Positions 1 through 7,601 are shown, counted from the stretch's first letter. The stretch is 21,952 nucleotides of DNA from Pseudobacteriovorax sp. (GCA_050293845.1 JBNKNM010000081.1:1-21952); one strand, 5' to 3'. The notes: a model not told the origin generated them from the letters alone. Translations and numbers: made by a program.

Positions 1-2
1 AC

Positions 3-992
3 CTTTTTCTTAGTGGGAAAATCTCATTTAACGAATGCGAGAAGGAGGCCAAAAAGATACTCGAAAAACTATACGAAGCGAGAAATGCTAGTAAAAGTTC
101 TCCTCTAAGCTGTAACGAAAGACTAATGATGGAATACTTTGCTTCGAAATATATGAAGAAATCCAGGCAAAGAAGAATAGCTGACAGTACTCATGAAACT
201 GCATTCAATGATCTGAAAAGGGCTATTGTCGCTGTTGGAGGCAACGACATTAGATATGCCTCGGTTGATCATTTACAAGAAGCAATCGATAGTTACTATG
301 AAGATTATGAGTCAATTGGACCACACAAAAAAACGATCATTCGGATTAATGCATTGCTGAAGTTCGCTGGTCGAAGTGATTCGGATAGGCTTGAAACTCT
401 ACCTGAAGAATATAGCGAAGTGAAAAACTTATCTCACGAAGAGTTTTTAAAAGTCATTTCTGAACTACAAGGCCACGACAGAATTCTTTCAACAATAGCC
501 TATTATTCTGGATTGAGACTAGGTGAAATTTTTGCTTTGAATAGTAAAAAGGTAAGGAGGACTATAGGTGGGTATATTATTAATGTGGACCGCCAAATGT
601 ATAGAAATGGGGAGTTTGGTTTGCCAAAAAGGCGCAAAGTTAGACGTTCTTTTGCGTTCGATGCCTGCAAAGATGAATTATCAAAGTGGCTGGATACCTC
701 GGAAACAACTCGGGTGAATGTAAGAGGAAGAAAATATTGGGAAGTGGTTGCACAAGCTTGCTCTTACGCAAAAGTATCGAATGTTCTGTCATTTAAAGAC
801 TGGAGACACTGCTATGCTATAAGCCTTCTTAACATGGGAGCAACAATTAGCCAGGTAGCTCAGAATCTTGGAAACTCTGAACAGGTATGCCGTAAGTACT
901 ATACTGGCTATATCATGACAAACGATGGAATTGAGACAATGGCAAGGAGCATCGTTAAAAACGCTGAGGAATTCTTTGGGCCAAACGGTTAG
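3..992 (+). CDS. int: Tyrosine recombinase / phage integrase, 5'-truncated by the window edge
   Basis: Motifs YSGLRLGE (Arg), PKRRK (Lys), KDWRH, LGNS and a C-terminal YYT (Tyr). The frame of ORF 126..992 has no stop back to position 3. Lies next to a tRNA 3' fragment. Confidence 0.9.
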   Translation, partial: LFLSGKISFNECEKEAKKILEKLYEARNASKSSPLSCNERLMMEYFASKYMKKSRQRRIADSTHETAFNDLKRAIVAVGGNDIRYASVDHLQEAIDSYYEDYESIGPHKKTIIRINALLKFAGRSDSDRLETLPEEYSEVKNLSHEEFLKVISELQGHDRILSTIAYYSGLRLGEIFALNSKKVRRTIGGYIINVDRQMYRNGEFGLPKRRKVRRSFAFDACKDELSKWLDTSETTRVNVRGRKYWEVVAQACSYAKVSNVLSFKDWRHCYAISLLNMGATISQVAQNLGNSEQVCRKYYTGYIMTNDGIETMARSIVKNAEEFFGPNG

Positions 993-1008
993 AAAAATCT
1001 TCTAACCG
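986..1008. terminator. Perfect 9-bp inverted repeat over the integrase stop codon; possible terminator or protein-binding site
   Basis: CGGTTAGAA-aaatc-TTCTAACCG. No clear U-tract on the + strand. Confidence 0.4.
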
Positions 1009-1053
1009 CTAAATTTATCATAGCAACTTAACTATCTATATTGTTTGGGATTT

Positions 1054-1098
1054 TGGTAGCGAGGACGAGAATTGAACTCGTGACCTCAGGATTATGAA
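1054..1098 (-). mobile_element. att core: 3' half of a tRNA-Met(CAT), from the anticodon loop to CCA
   Basis: The reverse complement is TTCATAA-TCCTG-AGGTC-ACGAG-TTCAATT-CTCGT-CCTCGCT-A-CCA: anticodon loop, 3' anticodon stem, variable loop, perfect T-arm, acceptor strand and CCA. The 5' half is absent. It lies about 60 bp from the integrase stop. Confidence 0.9.
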
Positions 1099-1451
1099 AA
1101 GGTGAACTGGTCCGCAATTTTTTCCTTGTTATTAGATTGTTAGGCTTACTATTTCTAGATAACTTCACCATGGCTCATGGAGCATTCATTTTAGGACATT
1201 TTATGTCACGGTAGCTCCTTGTACTTCTGAACTCAAAGAGAGCTTTTTTTCCGCATTTGATCCATATTCAAACAAGACATAATAGGACGCCGAAAGGGAT
1301 GTCTTTTGCGAACCCTGAATTTCTGATCTACGCTTAGTTTGCTACATTTTTATAACTATACCCACAGCTGAAGTGTCTTCTAGCCCACTCGAACTGATGA
1401 AAAAAGCTACTGGATTTTTTATTCGGAATGGATAAGCTGGGATTGAATGGC

Positions 1452-1489
1452 TTTTGGTGGAGTAGGTGTTGGACGCACCCACTCCCAAA
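1452..1489. promoter_or_regulatory. Long imperfect hairpin in the rep leader
   Basis: tttgg-t-ggagt-a-ggtg ... cacc-c-actcc-caaa can pair. Confidence 0.4.
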
Positions 1490-1584
1490 CAACGGAGCCT
1501 AGCAATCTTGGACAAAAGTAGACCCCATCGTTTCATTTAACGATCATAATCCCTTTTTACCTACTTTTCAATTATGCTAGTAGC

Positions 1585-1603
1585 TCCCTCAAGGAATGAG
1601 GGA
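1585..1603 (+). promoter_or_regulatory. Hairpin that would sequester the rep Shine-Dalgarno
   Basis: TCCCTCA-aggaa-TGAGGGA is a perfect 7-bp stem. Its 3' arm is the GAGGG RBS just upstream of ATG 1609. Confidence 0.55.
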
Positions 1604-1608
1604 AAATC

Positions 1609-2808
1609 ATGTCAAACCTACACCAATTATTTCCACTCGATCACGAAGTTTTTAGAGGAGGTAGATACCTCGAAGCCCTTGCGTGTCTTGAAGACATAGA
1701 TCATTGGGAGCTTTCGATCCTCCAATATCTAGGCAGCAAGATGCCTTTTGATAAAGGCTTTGTAGGTCAAACCGCCTTCCCGTCAGTCGCAACCATATCT
1801 GCCAATACAAAGATCCCACAATCGACCGTCAGGAAAAAAATCAACTCTCTTGTCAAAAAGGGATACCTAATAAAAAAGCAGCGAAGGTTTCTTAACGAGC
1901 GTGGCCATTGGCAACAATCAAGCAATGACTATCAACTCACAAACCTCCCTTTCGAAAAATTCCAATCGGTCCTTGATACTCGTCGCAAAATTGCAATGGA
2001 GAGAAAACGTGCTGTAGGACAGTCTGAAGTAGATCAGTTTATGCCCTTTCCTGAAGATACCCCCCCTCCCAAAATCACAGAGGTAGGGTTAGCCGAGTGC
2101 GAAGAGGGGGCGATACACTCGGTAGCTACTAATTCCCCATTGGAGTCCCTAGTTGAAGGTCCTAATCTAGATCCTCATTCTTCTTATCTAGAGAGGCCTA
2201 TTTCCGAGCGAAAGGCAGAGGCCAATCGGATCATTGTCAATTGGGAAGAAATTATTAAAAGCTCGGTTACAGGCTTTGAGAAAAGGCGATTCATTGAAGA
2301 GTATATCAGGACCCGGTCATCTGAGATTCAGTTACTAGAAAAGCTACAACGACTGGAGCAGGATCCTTATCTGTCTGAGAGAGCTAAATCTATAAACTTT
2401 CTCTTTAAGGGTTTTGATATGGCCCTTAAAAATAGGGCAGAAATCGTCAAGATAGGCTCTACAGCGCTTCAAGAGGCAAGATCCCAGCAAGAGCTAGAAG
2501 AAATAGAAAAACAGCTTCCAGGCCTTATTTCCCAGCGATCTTGTAATTTTGTTTCACCGTCAAAATCAATCATTGCTAGCCTATTCAATGAACCTTTGGA
2601 TAAGGCGAGGAAGCGAAATGGTTCTCCTGGTAATGGTACGAAGGTTCCCTCCACTACGCAAGAATTGAAATTGGCGATTCAGGAAGAGATCCAATCTAGG
2701 CCTACTGAAAAACGGAAAAAGAGACTTGAAGCCATTCTCGGCAACTTTTCAGATCTAAGCTTTGCCCATCTTTTGGATCTATATCTGAAGGAGGATCGCT
2801 GTGACTAG
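1609..2808 (+). CDS. Helix-turn-helix replication initiator-like protein (HTH_36 / phage replisome organiser type)
   Basis: AFPSVATISANTKIPQSTVRKKINSLVKKGYL...R...SNDY is the typical winged-helix N-terminus of phage Rep/O-like proteins. It is followed by a low-complexity linker and a helical C-terminal domain. Confidence 0.7.
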   Translation: MSNLHQLFPLDHEVFRGGRYLEALACLEDIDHWELSILQYLGSKMPFDKGFVGQTAFPSVATISANTKIPQSTVRKKINSLVKKGYLIKKQRRFLNERGHWQQSSNDYQLTNLPFEKFQSVLDTRRKIAMERKRAVGQSEVDQFMPFPEDTPPPKITEVGLAECEEGAIHSVATNSPLESLVEGPNLDPHSSYLERPISERKAEANRIIVNWEEIIKSSVTGFEKRRFIEEYIRTRSSEIQLLEKLQRLEQDPYLSERAKSINFLFKGFDMALKNRAEIVKIGSTALQEARSQQELEEIEKQLPGLISQRSCNFVSPSKSIIASLFNEPLDKARKRNGSPGNGTKVPSTTQELKLAIQEEIQSRPTEKRKKRLEAILGNFSDLSFAHLLDLYLKEDRCD

Positions 2809-3934
2809 GAAGGAATACAATCGCCAATATTACCTGCGCAATCGTGATCGACTTAGGGAACGTGCGAAAAAGCGAAAGCGTTCCCGAATTGGAAAGGCAG
2901 ACCTTAAACTGGTTTCAAATGTTGAAACTTTATCCGCAAAAGTTGAAACCATAATGGAGGAAAGTGCTGAAACAGCTAGTCCAAGAATGTTGAAACCACA
3001 GTCAAATGTTGAAACTTTCAGGTTGAAACCTACTCGCAATGGTGTTGAAACCATTAGAATTATTGAGCAGATGTTGAAACCTTCACAGGTCTTAATGTTG
3101 AAACCCCAGAGAAACATTGAAACTTCATTTGCGCTGGATTTACTGAAACCCACTGTTGAAACTTTCAATTACGAAGCCGCACCAGATGTTGAAACTGCTG
3201 AAACCAAAGAGAGTGCCATGGAAGCAAAAGTCATCGATATTGAAACCAAAGAAGATGTTGAAACTCCACGTAAGGAGAGAAATGTAAATCTGACGTGGAC
3301 GGAAGGATTCAAGAGGTTATTCGGATCACCGTCCAATGTCCTTCGGCTTTTATTTATGATTGGTATGACGACTCTGTTTTATTTTCTGCAAGTTGAGTTT
3401 TATGAAAAGCATGATTCTGTACCAGAGCTTGCTTGGGGGTTAGCTCTTGCTTGTGAGCTGTCATTGCTTTGTTTACTGCTAACTAAATTTGATTCTTGGT
3501 GGAAGAACTTTCTCAAGGGGGTTGTTTATGTTGCTTTGTTTGGCTATCTGATTGCATCCCTTGGGTTTCATCAGTATCAGGATTCTAGGTTAAAACTTGT
3601 AGAGGAGAATCAGGTAGAGGAAACTGTCGGGAGGAAGGCGGAGCTTCAGGAGCAGCTTCGAGTTGCTCAATTGGCATTGGAAAGCGCTACCAAGGGTAGG
3701 TCTTGGGATAATATGCAGCTGTTTGGAGAGCAGGTCGAAAAGCTTCAACTCGAGATTGTTGGAATAAGCAAAACCAAAAGTTTAGGTGTCACTGACTCAA
3801 ATATGACCCTGGCTTCTGCGCTACTCATCATACTATTTAGGATTCTACTAATAGCTGTGAATTCGATTAATACGTTAAAACTAAGAGAGAATATTGTACA
3901 GAAGGCTTTTTTCTGGCGAAGTTTTCGATCTTGA
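2801..3934 (+). CDS. Hypothetical membrane protein: basic N-terminal helix, repeat region, about 4 TM segments and a coiled coil
   Basis: GTG start overlaps the end of rep. RKEYNRQYYLRNRDRLRERAKKRKR at the N-terminus. Hydrophobic segments LLFMIGMTTLFYFL, LAWGLALACELSLLCLLL, GVVYVALFGYLIASLG and LASALLIILFRILLIAV. Heptad-like stretch between TM3 and TM4. An alternative ATG exists at 3218. Confidence 0.75.
   Translation: MTRKEYNRQYYLRNRDRLRERAKKRKRSRIGKADLKLVSNVETLSAKVETIMEESAETASPRMLKPQSNVETFRLKPTRNGVETIRIIEQMLKPSQVLMLKPQRNIETSFALDLLKPTVETFNYEAAPDVETAETKESAMEAKVIDIETKEDVETPRKERNVNLTWTEGFKRLFGSPSNVLRLLFMIGMTTLFYFLQVEFYEKHDSVPELAWGLALACELSLLCLLLTKFDSWWKNFLKGVVYVALFGYLIASLGFHQYQDSRLKLVEENQVEETVGRKAELQEQLRVAQLALESATKGRSWDNMQLFGEQVEKLQLEIVGISKTKSLGVTDSNMTLASALLIILFRILLIAVNSINTLKLRENIVQKAFFWRSFRS
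2912..3264 (+). repeat. Array of 16 direct 8-bp repeats, consensus GTTGAAAC, opening with one inverted half-site
   Basis: GTTGAAAC at 2921, 2942, 2989, 3008, 3022, 3044, 3073, 3097, 3155, 3188 and 3257. ATTGAAAC at 3116 and 3239. GCTGAAAC at 2966 and 3197. ACTGAAAC at 3142. Palindrome GTTTCAA-atg-TTGAAAC at 2912-2928. Confidence 0.95.
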
Positions 3935-4169
3935 TATTATGTCTAAGATACAAATTTATTGAATTCGTAAAGTTCGAGCTATAAGAAATATAAAGTTCTG
4001 AATAGCTAAGCATGGTAAAATGAAACGGAAAATATATTTGAATAGAATTGATTCTTTCTTATACCTATTTGAACCAAGTGGAAAGTCTAGCCTGCCTTCA
4101 AATTGTGGGAAAGAAAAATGCTAAAAGCGCTATGTATACAGTTAACATCTACCTAGAGTACAGTATTTT

Positions 4170-4928
4170 ATGAAGATATATAAATACACGAAATGGTGTT
4201 CTAATACAAAAAATCTGATAAGTAGACAAGCTGTGTGGTTAGCTAACCCCGACAGCTTAAACGATCCGTTCGATTGCCTTCTACTTTTTAAATTAGGGAA
4301 TAATAGAGATCAGGAAATAATAAGCGAGTTTAATAAAGTTCAACCCACTTCTTCTCGGAATTTTACATCAGGCCTTGCCAATGAACAAATTGTTTCTATC
4401 TTCAGATGGTTTAGCTCTCAGCGAACCGATTTCGATCATTTTCTAAAGAGGGAGGAGCCGAAGTTATGGGCTAGGATTAGTGAATTAGACGAAGTTAGAA
4501 GCAAATTGGGTGTCGCAAGCTTCGGAAAAAGAGCCGATAACCCACTCCTATGGGCGTATTATGCGGACGATCACAAGGGTATTTGCATCGAATATGAGAT
4601 TGAAAATGTTGGAAAGTCTTTAAAAATGCAAGATGTAGAATATGTAGAGCGAGTATCAGATGTCAAGTTTGATATTGAGTTGATATCTTGGAAAAAAGAT
4701 AAAGTGAGTTCTTTATTCTTCAAATCTCTAGAGTGGAATCATGAAGACGAATTTCGACTTATTAACTTAAATAACAACCGATACTCTCATAAGGTACCTA
4801 TATCTCGGGTAATTTGTGGGTTTAGGATGTCTGAAGACAGATATCAGCAAGTCCGAAAATATTGCCAGGATCTTAAAGTGGTAAAAGTAACAAGATTTGA
4901 TAATTTTACCCCCAAAATTCCGGAATAA
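4170..4928 (+). CDS. DUF2971-like protein (accessory gene)
   Basis: Characteristic motifs IYKY, LNDPFD, LLWAYYADDHKGICIEY and K-x-x-EW-x-HEDEFR. AT-rich, with AT-rich flanks. Confidence 0.8.
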   Translation: MKIYKYTKWCSNTKNLISRQAVWLANPDSLNDPFDCLLLFKLGNNRDQEIISEFNKVQPTSSRNFTSGLANEQIVSIFRWFSSQRTDFDHFLKREEPKLWARISELDEVRSKLGVASFGKRADNPLLWAYYADDHKGICIEYEIENVGKSLKMQDVEYVERVSDVKFDIELISWKKDKVSSLFFKSLEWNHEDEFRLINLNNNRYSHKVPISRVICGFRMSEDRYQQVRKYCQDLKVVKVTRFDNFTPKIPE

Positions 4929-5099
4929 ATAGGTGTATCTCTCTTTGCGTACCTCTCGATTTCCTTTAAAGTTCAATTTCAAGTCAATCTATATCTGTAG
5001 TAGTAACCTCGAAACACCAATTACCACTTTAACAAATATGAAAACTGCCTTCACAGACTGAAATCCTTTCAGAGACATTCTTTACAAATACAATATCGA

Positions 5100-5525
5100 C
5101 TACTTTAAACTAAAAAAACTTTTTTGACCAAAAACCCACCTAAGCCAGCAACCGATTACATAAACGAATAATAGTGGACATAAAGATAATATAGAAATTG
5201 AAATTGCGGTCTTACTAGGATTAGTTGAGAAATCGATATCACCCCAACTAAAATCTCTATTCAAATAGTACTCCTGAGTATATGTACTATACCAACAGAA
5301 TTTTTTTTCAGAGTCACTTAATGATAGTTTTTCCCATGGTTTTAGATTTTTAGAGAGCCTAGATACTAAAGGTTTACAATGCTCTGTGAATAGAGAGGAG
5401 TCATGGATTGCCGCTGAAGAAGAGTAGACTGTAGCACCCATCCAGAATAAAACTCCCAGGGCAAGTAGAGTTTGATAAATCTTAATTAAAATAGAGCTGA
5501 TTTTAGCAGTTTGGTTTGCATTCAT
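5100..5525 (-). CDS. Hypothetical two-TM membrane protein
   Basis: GGAG RBS 5 nt before ATG 5525 (MNANQ...). Hydrophobic segments near both termini. Confidence 0.6.
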   Translation of the reverse strand: MNANQTAKISSILIKIYQTLLALGVLFWMGATVYSSSAAIHDSSLFTEHCKPLVSRLSKNLKPWEKLSLSDSEKKFCWYSTYTQEYYLNRDFSWGDIDFSTNPSKTAISISILSLCPLLFVYVIGCWLRWVFGQKSFFSLK

Positions 5526-5716
5526 GCCATCTCCATAATGTAGGTGGAAACTGTGTGAATATAAAATATAAGTATTGTCGATCATCGAAAAAATAGTTTG
5601 ACTGAGCTCATATACAAAACTTTTTAATAGAATATATTACTGTAGTGTAGTCATTAAGACTATTTTTAGCAATGAGATTAAGCAAATTAAAGGATAATTA
5701 TGGAATGCAATATTTA

Positions 5717-6091
5717 CTAATTGATCCAGAATGTAGAATTGCTATCTCTAGAGTCTAAGTGAGTAAAAGTTCTATAGGGCCCGATACCTTTAAACCCGAT
5801 TTTTGTAGTCAGATTTAAAAATTTAAACCTCACCTGACCAGACCACCCAATCGTACAAATATCAGTAGCCCGCCCCAAAACATGCTGACTAAGATCAGAA
5901 CTCCCCTCAATAGTTCGGTTATACTCAAGGCATCGATACCAGCTATTAACCTTAAGTGGCTTACCCCACATGTACCGAAGAAGCTGCATCCTGATGAGGT
6001 GCTCTTTGTCTATAACAGGAATGCACCTGCCACAAGGGCAAGCGATCTCTTCGAGTGAAAAGTTTTCTATCTCAATTTTGACAACTTCCAT
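5717..6091 (-). CDS. Peptidase M15A-family zinc peptidase (endolysin-like)
   Basis: FSLEEIACPCG, NSWYRC-x-x-YN, SQH-x-x-GRATD and FTHLDSR match the H/D/H zinc ligand pattern of Peptidase_M15_3. Confidence 0.88.
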   Translation of the reverse strand: MEVVKIEIENFSLEEIACPCGRCIPVIDKEHLIRMQLLRYMWGKPLKVNSWYRCLEYNRTIEGSSDLSQHVLGRATDICTIGWSGQVRFKFLNLTTKIGFKGIGPYRTFTHLDSRDSNSTFWIN

Positions 6092-6987
6092 TATCTGGAT
6101 ACCGGAAACTGAGTACAGGTAAGAGAAATTTCGATCTCATAGTCAGAGCATTGTAAAATCCCGTCCCCTTCTTCATAGGCAATCCGGCATTCAACTGAGC
6201 CCATTGATGAAGAGAGAGTAAAAGGGTTGCCTTTGTTGGTTAGGCAACTAAATGCCAACAGGTAGGGGTGTGAAGTTGGGCATTTTGCAGATCCGAACGC
6301 ATAAGCAGACTTACAAAGCTGATCAGGAGACTCGGAGATTCGACGAAATAAACCTGTTTGAAGAATGCAGTCTGGATAGATGGGAGTGCCAGGAGAGCAG
6401 CTATAGCCTCTGGGACCTTGATCACCTTTTAATCCTGTAAATCCACGGGGACCTTGATCGCCAGTTTCACCTTTTGACCCTGTAAAGCCCCTTGGCCCCC
6501 GGTCGCCTTGGGGTCCTCTATCTCCCTTCTCTCCTTTTAGCAGATCGATAGAAAACGAAGTTCCGTTTCCGCAATTGATAAGTCTAGTTTGACTATCGTA
6601 AGTACAGCTTTCACCTGGATCACCTTTCTCACCTGCTTGGCCTATTAGGTCCGTAGGATCTCCTGCCCATTTTCCGGTTTTAAGATCAATTACCTTTTGA
6701 CCGTTCTTATCGTAAATACCATCACCAGAGATTATTTGCTTTTCTTCAACAAAAAGCCTCATGACGTTGACATCACCTCTAAGGTCGTGTCGTTTTAGAT
6801 TTCCGTTGATGCAGTATTGCGGCTCCTGTGAACCGGTTAGACTACGTCTGTAGATGCAGAAGTTAACGCCCGATACATCTTGGATCTGGTCGAGTTGTTG
6901 GAAATTTCCGAATTTTGGTGGTTCGACGAAGTCAGCTTTGGAAAATGTTGAGATAAAACTAGCTAGAAGCAGAATAATAAATTTCAT
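6091..6987 (-). CDS. Collagen-like (Gly-X-Y) protein with an N-terminal signal peptide and a Cys-rich C-terminus
   Basis: MKFIILLLASFISTFSKA resembles a Sec signal. GEKGDRGPQGDRGPRGFTGSKGETGDQGPRG... triplets. GAGG RBS. Its stop overlaps the M15 start (TAATG). Confidence 0.8.
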   Translation of the reverse strand: MKFIILLLASFISTFSKADFVEPPKFGNFQQLDQIQDVSGVNFCIYRRSLTGSQEPQYCINGNLKRHDLRGDVNVMRLFVEEKQIISGDGIYDKNGQKVIDLKTGKWAGDPTDLIGQAGEKGDPGESCTYDSQTRLINCGNGTSFSIDLLKGEKGDRGPQGDRGPRGFTGSKGETGDQGPRGFTGLKGDQGPRGYSCSPGTPIYPDCILQTGLFRRISESPDQLCKSAYAFGSAKCPTSHPYLLAFSCLTNKGNPFTLSSSMGSVECRIAYEEGDGILQCSDYEIEISLTCTQFPVSR

Positions 6988-7019
6988 TTGAATACCTCGT
7001 GTAAATTAAAATCGAGGTA

Positions 7020-7048
7020 ATAATATGATGGGAAAATAACATTGTGAA
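7020..7048 (-). promoter_or_regulatory. Putative sigma70 promoter for the collagen-peptidase operon
   Basis: Minus strand reads TTCACA-17 bp-TATTAT, 5/6 and 5/6 to consensus. Confidence 0.55.
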
Positions 7049-7067
7049 GGCCATGGATTGCTAGAAT

Positions 7068-7601
7068 CTAGTTGTTAAGTTCGTATTTCATAAGAGTTTT
7101 TACTGGGAAGTATTCTACTAAGGCAATACTATCTATTAGAATGCCTACTTTGGTATTAAATAGCTTATGGCTCAAAGTGTTTTCTATCTGGATTTTGGTT
7201 GCTTTATTCGCCAGTGTTACATGAGGTATCCAAGAATCAGGAAAATACAATTTATCGCTATTCACAACGTAAGGTTTGGTACTTTCATATATTTTGTAAT
7301 GAAGGTTCCTAAGATATTCGTCTCTCGTTGGTCTTAAAAATATAACCCCACTCCCGCTTCCAAAGCTAGATAGCTCATTTAATTCCAGTGAAAACTTTGA
7401 AAAGGAAGTGGAAATATTCCTTATTATGTCTTTCGATTCTGTCAAATCGACATTTATTGCTGATATTAGAGAAATGTGAGGAGGTATATTTTGCTTCACA
7501 AAATCACTATCCGGAACGATATCATTTATTTTATTCATCAATTTCTTTAGTTTGTTTTCGCTTATTTTGTCAAATTGAAGTTCAAAAACGAAATGTCCCA
7601 T
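7068..7601 (-). CDS. 2H phosphoesterase (2'-5' RNA ligase / LigT-like family)
   Basis: Two H-x-[ST]-L motifs (PPHISL, WIPHVTLA) plus the F-x-x-x-x-GVIFLRP pattern. A GAGG RBS favours ATG 7601 over 7637. Confidence 0.88.
   Translation of the reverse strand: MGHFVFELQFDKISENKLKKLMNKINDIVPDSDFVKQNIPPHISLISAINVDLTESKDIIRNISTSFSKFSLELNELSSFGSGSGVIFLRPTRDEYLRNLHYKIYESTKPYVVNSDKLYFPDSWIPHVTLANKATKIQIENTLSHKLFNTKVGILIDSIALVEYFPVKTLMKYELNN

Noticed and set aside
1054..1130. Complete tRNA gene
   Set aside because: There is no 5' anticodon stem, D-arm or 5' acceptor strand beyond 1098.
1285..1405. Hammerhead ribozyme or c-di-GMP riboswitch (CGAAA and CTGATGA are present)
   Set aside because: I could not build the required flanking stems or the other conserved core motifs.
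1342..1536. 64-aa minus-strand ORF
   Set aside because: No RBS or recognisable motif; it overlaps the structured leader.
2060..2122. C7 tract and inverted repeat CCGAGTG/CACTCGG in the rep linker as a phase-variation site or origin
   Set aside because: The tract is short, the frame is intact and there are no iterated copies. Too weak to call.
2830..3168. 112-aa antisense ORF with VST/GFN repeats
   Set aside because: It is a shadow of the repeat array, whose complement lacks stops, and it has no RBS.
2912..3264. CRISPR array
   Set aside because: The repeat is only 8 bp, spacing is irregular (9-42 bp), it lies inside an ORF, and there are no cas genes.
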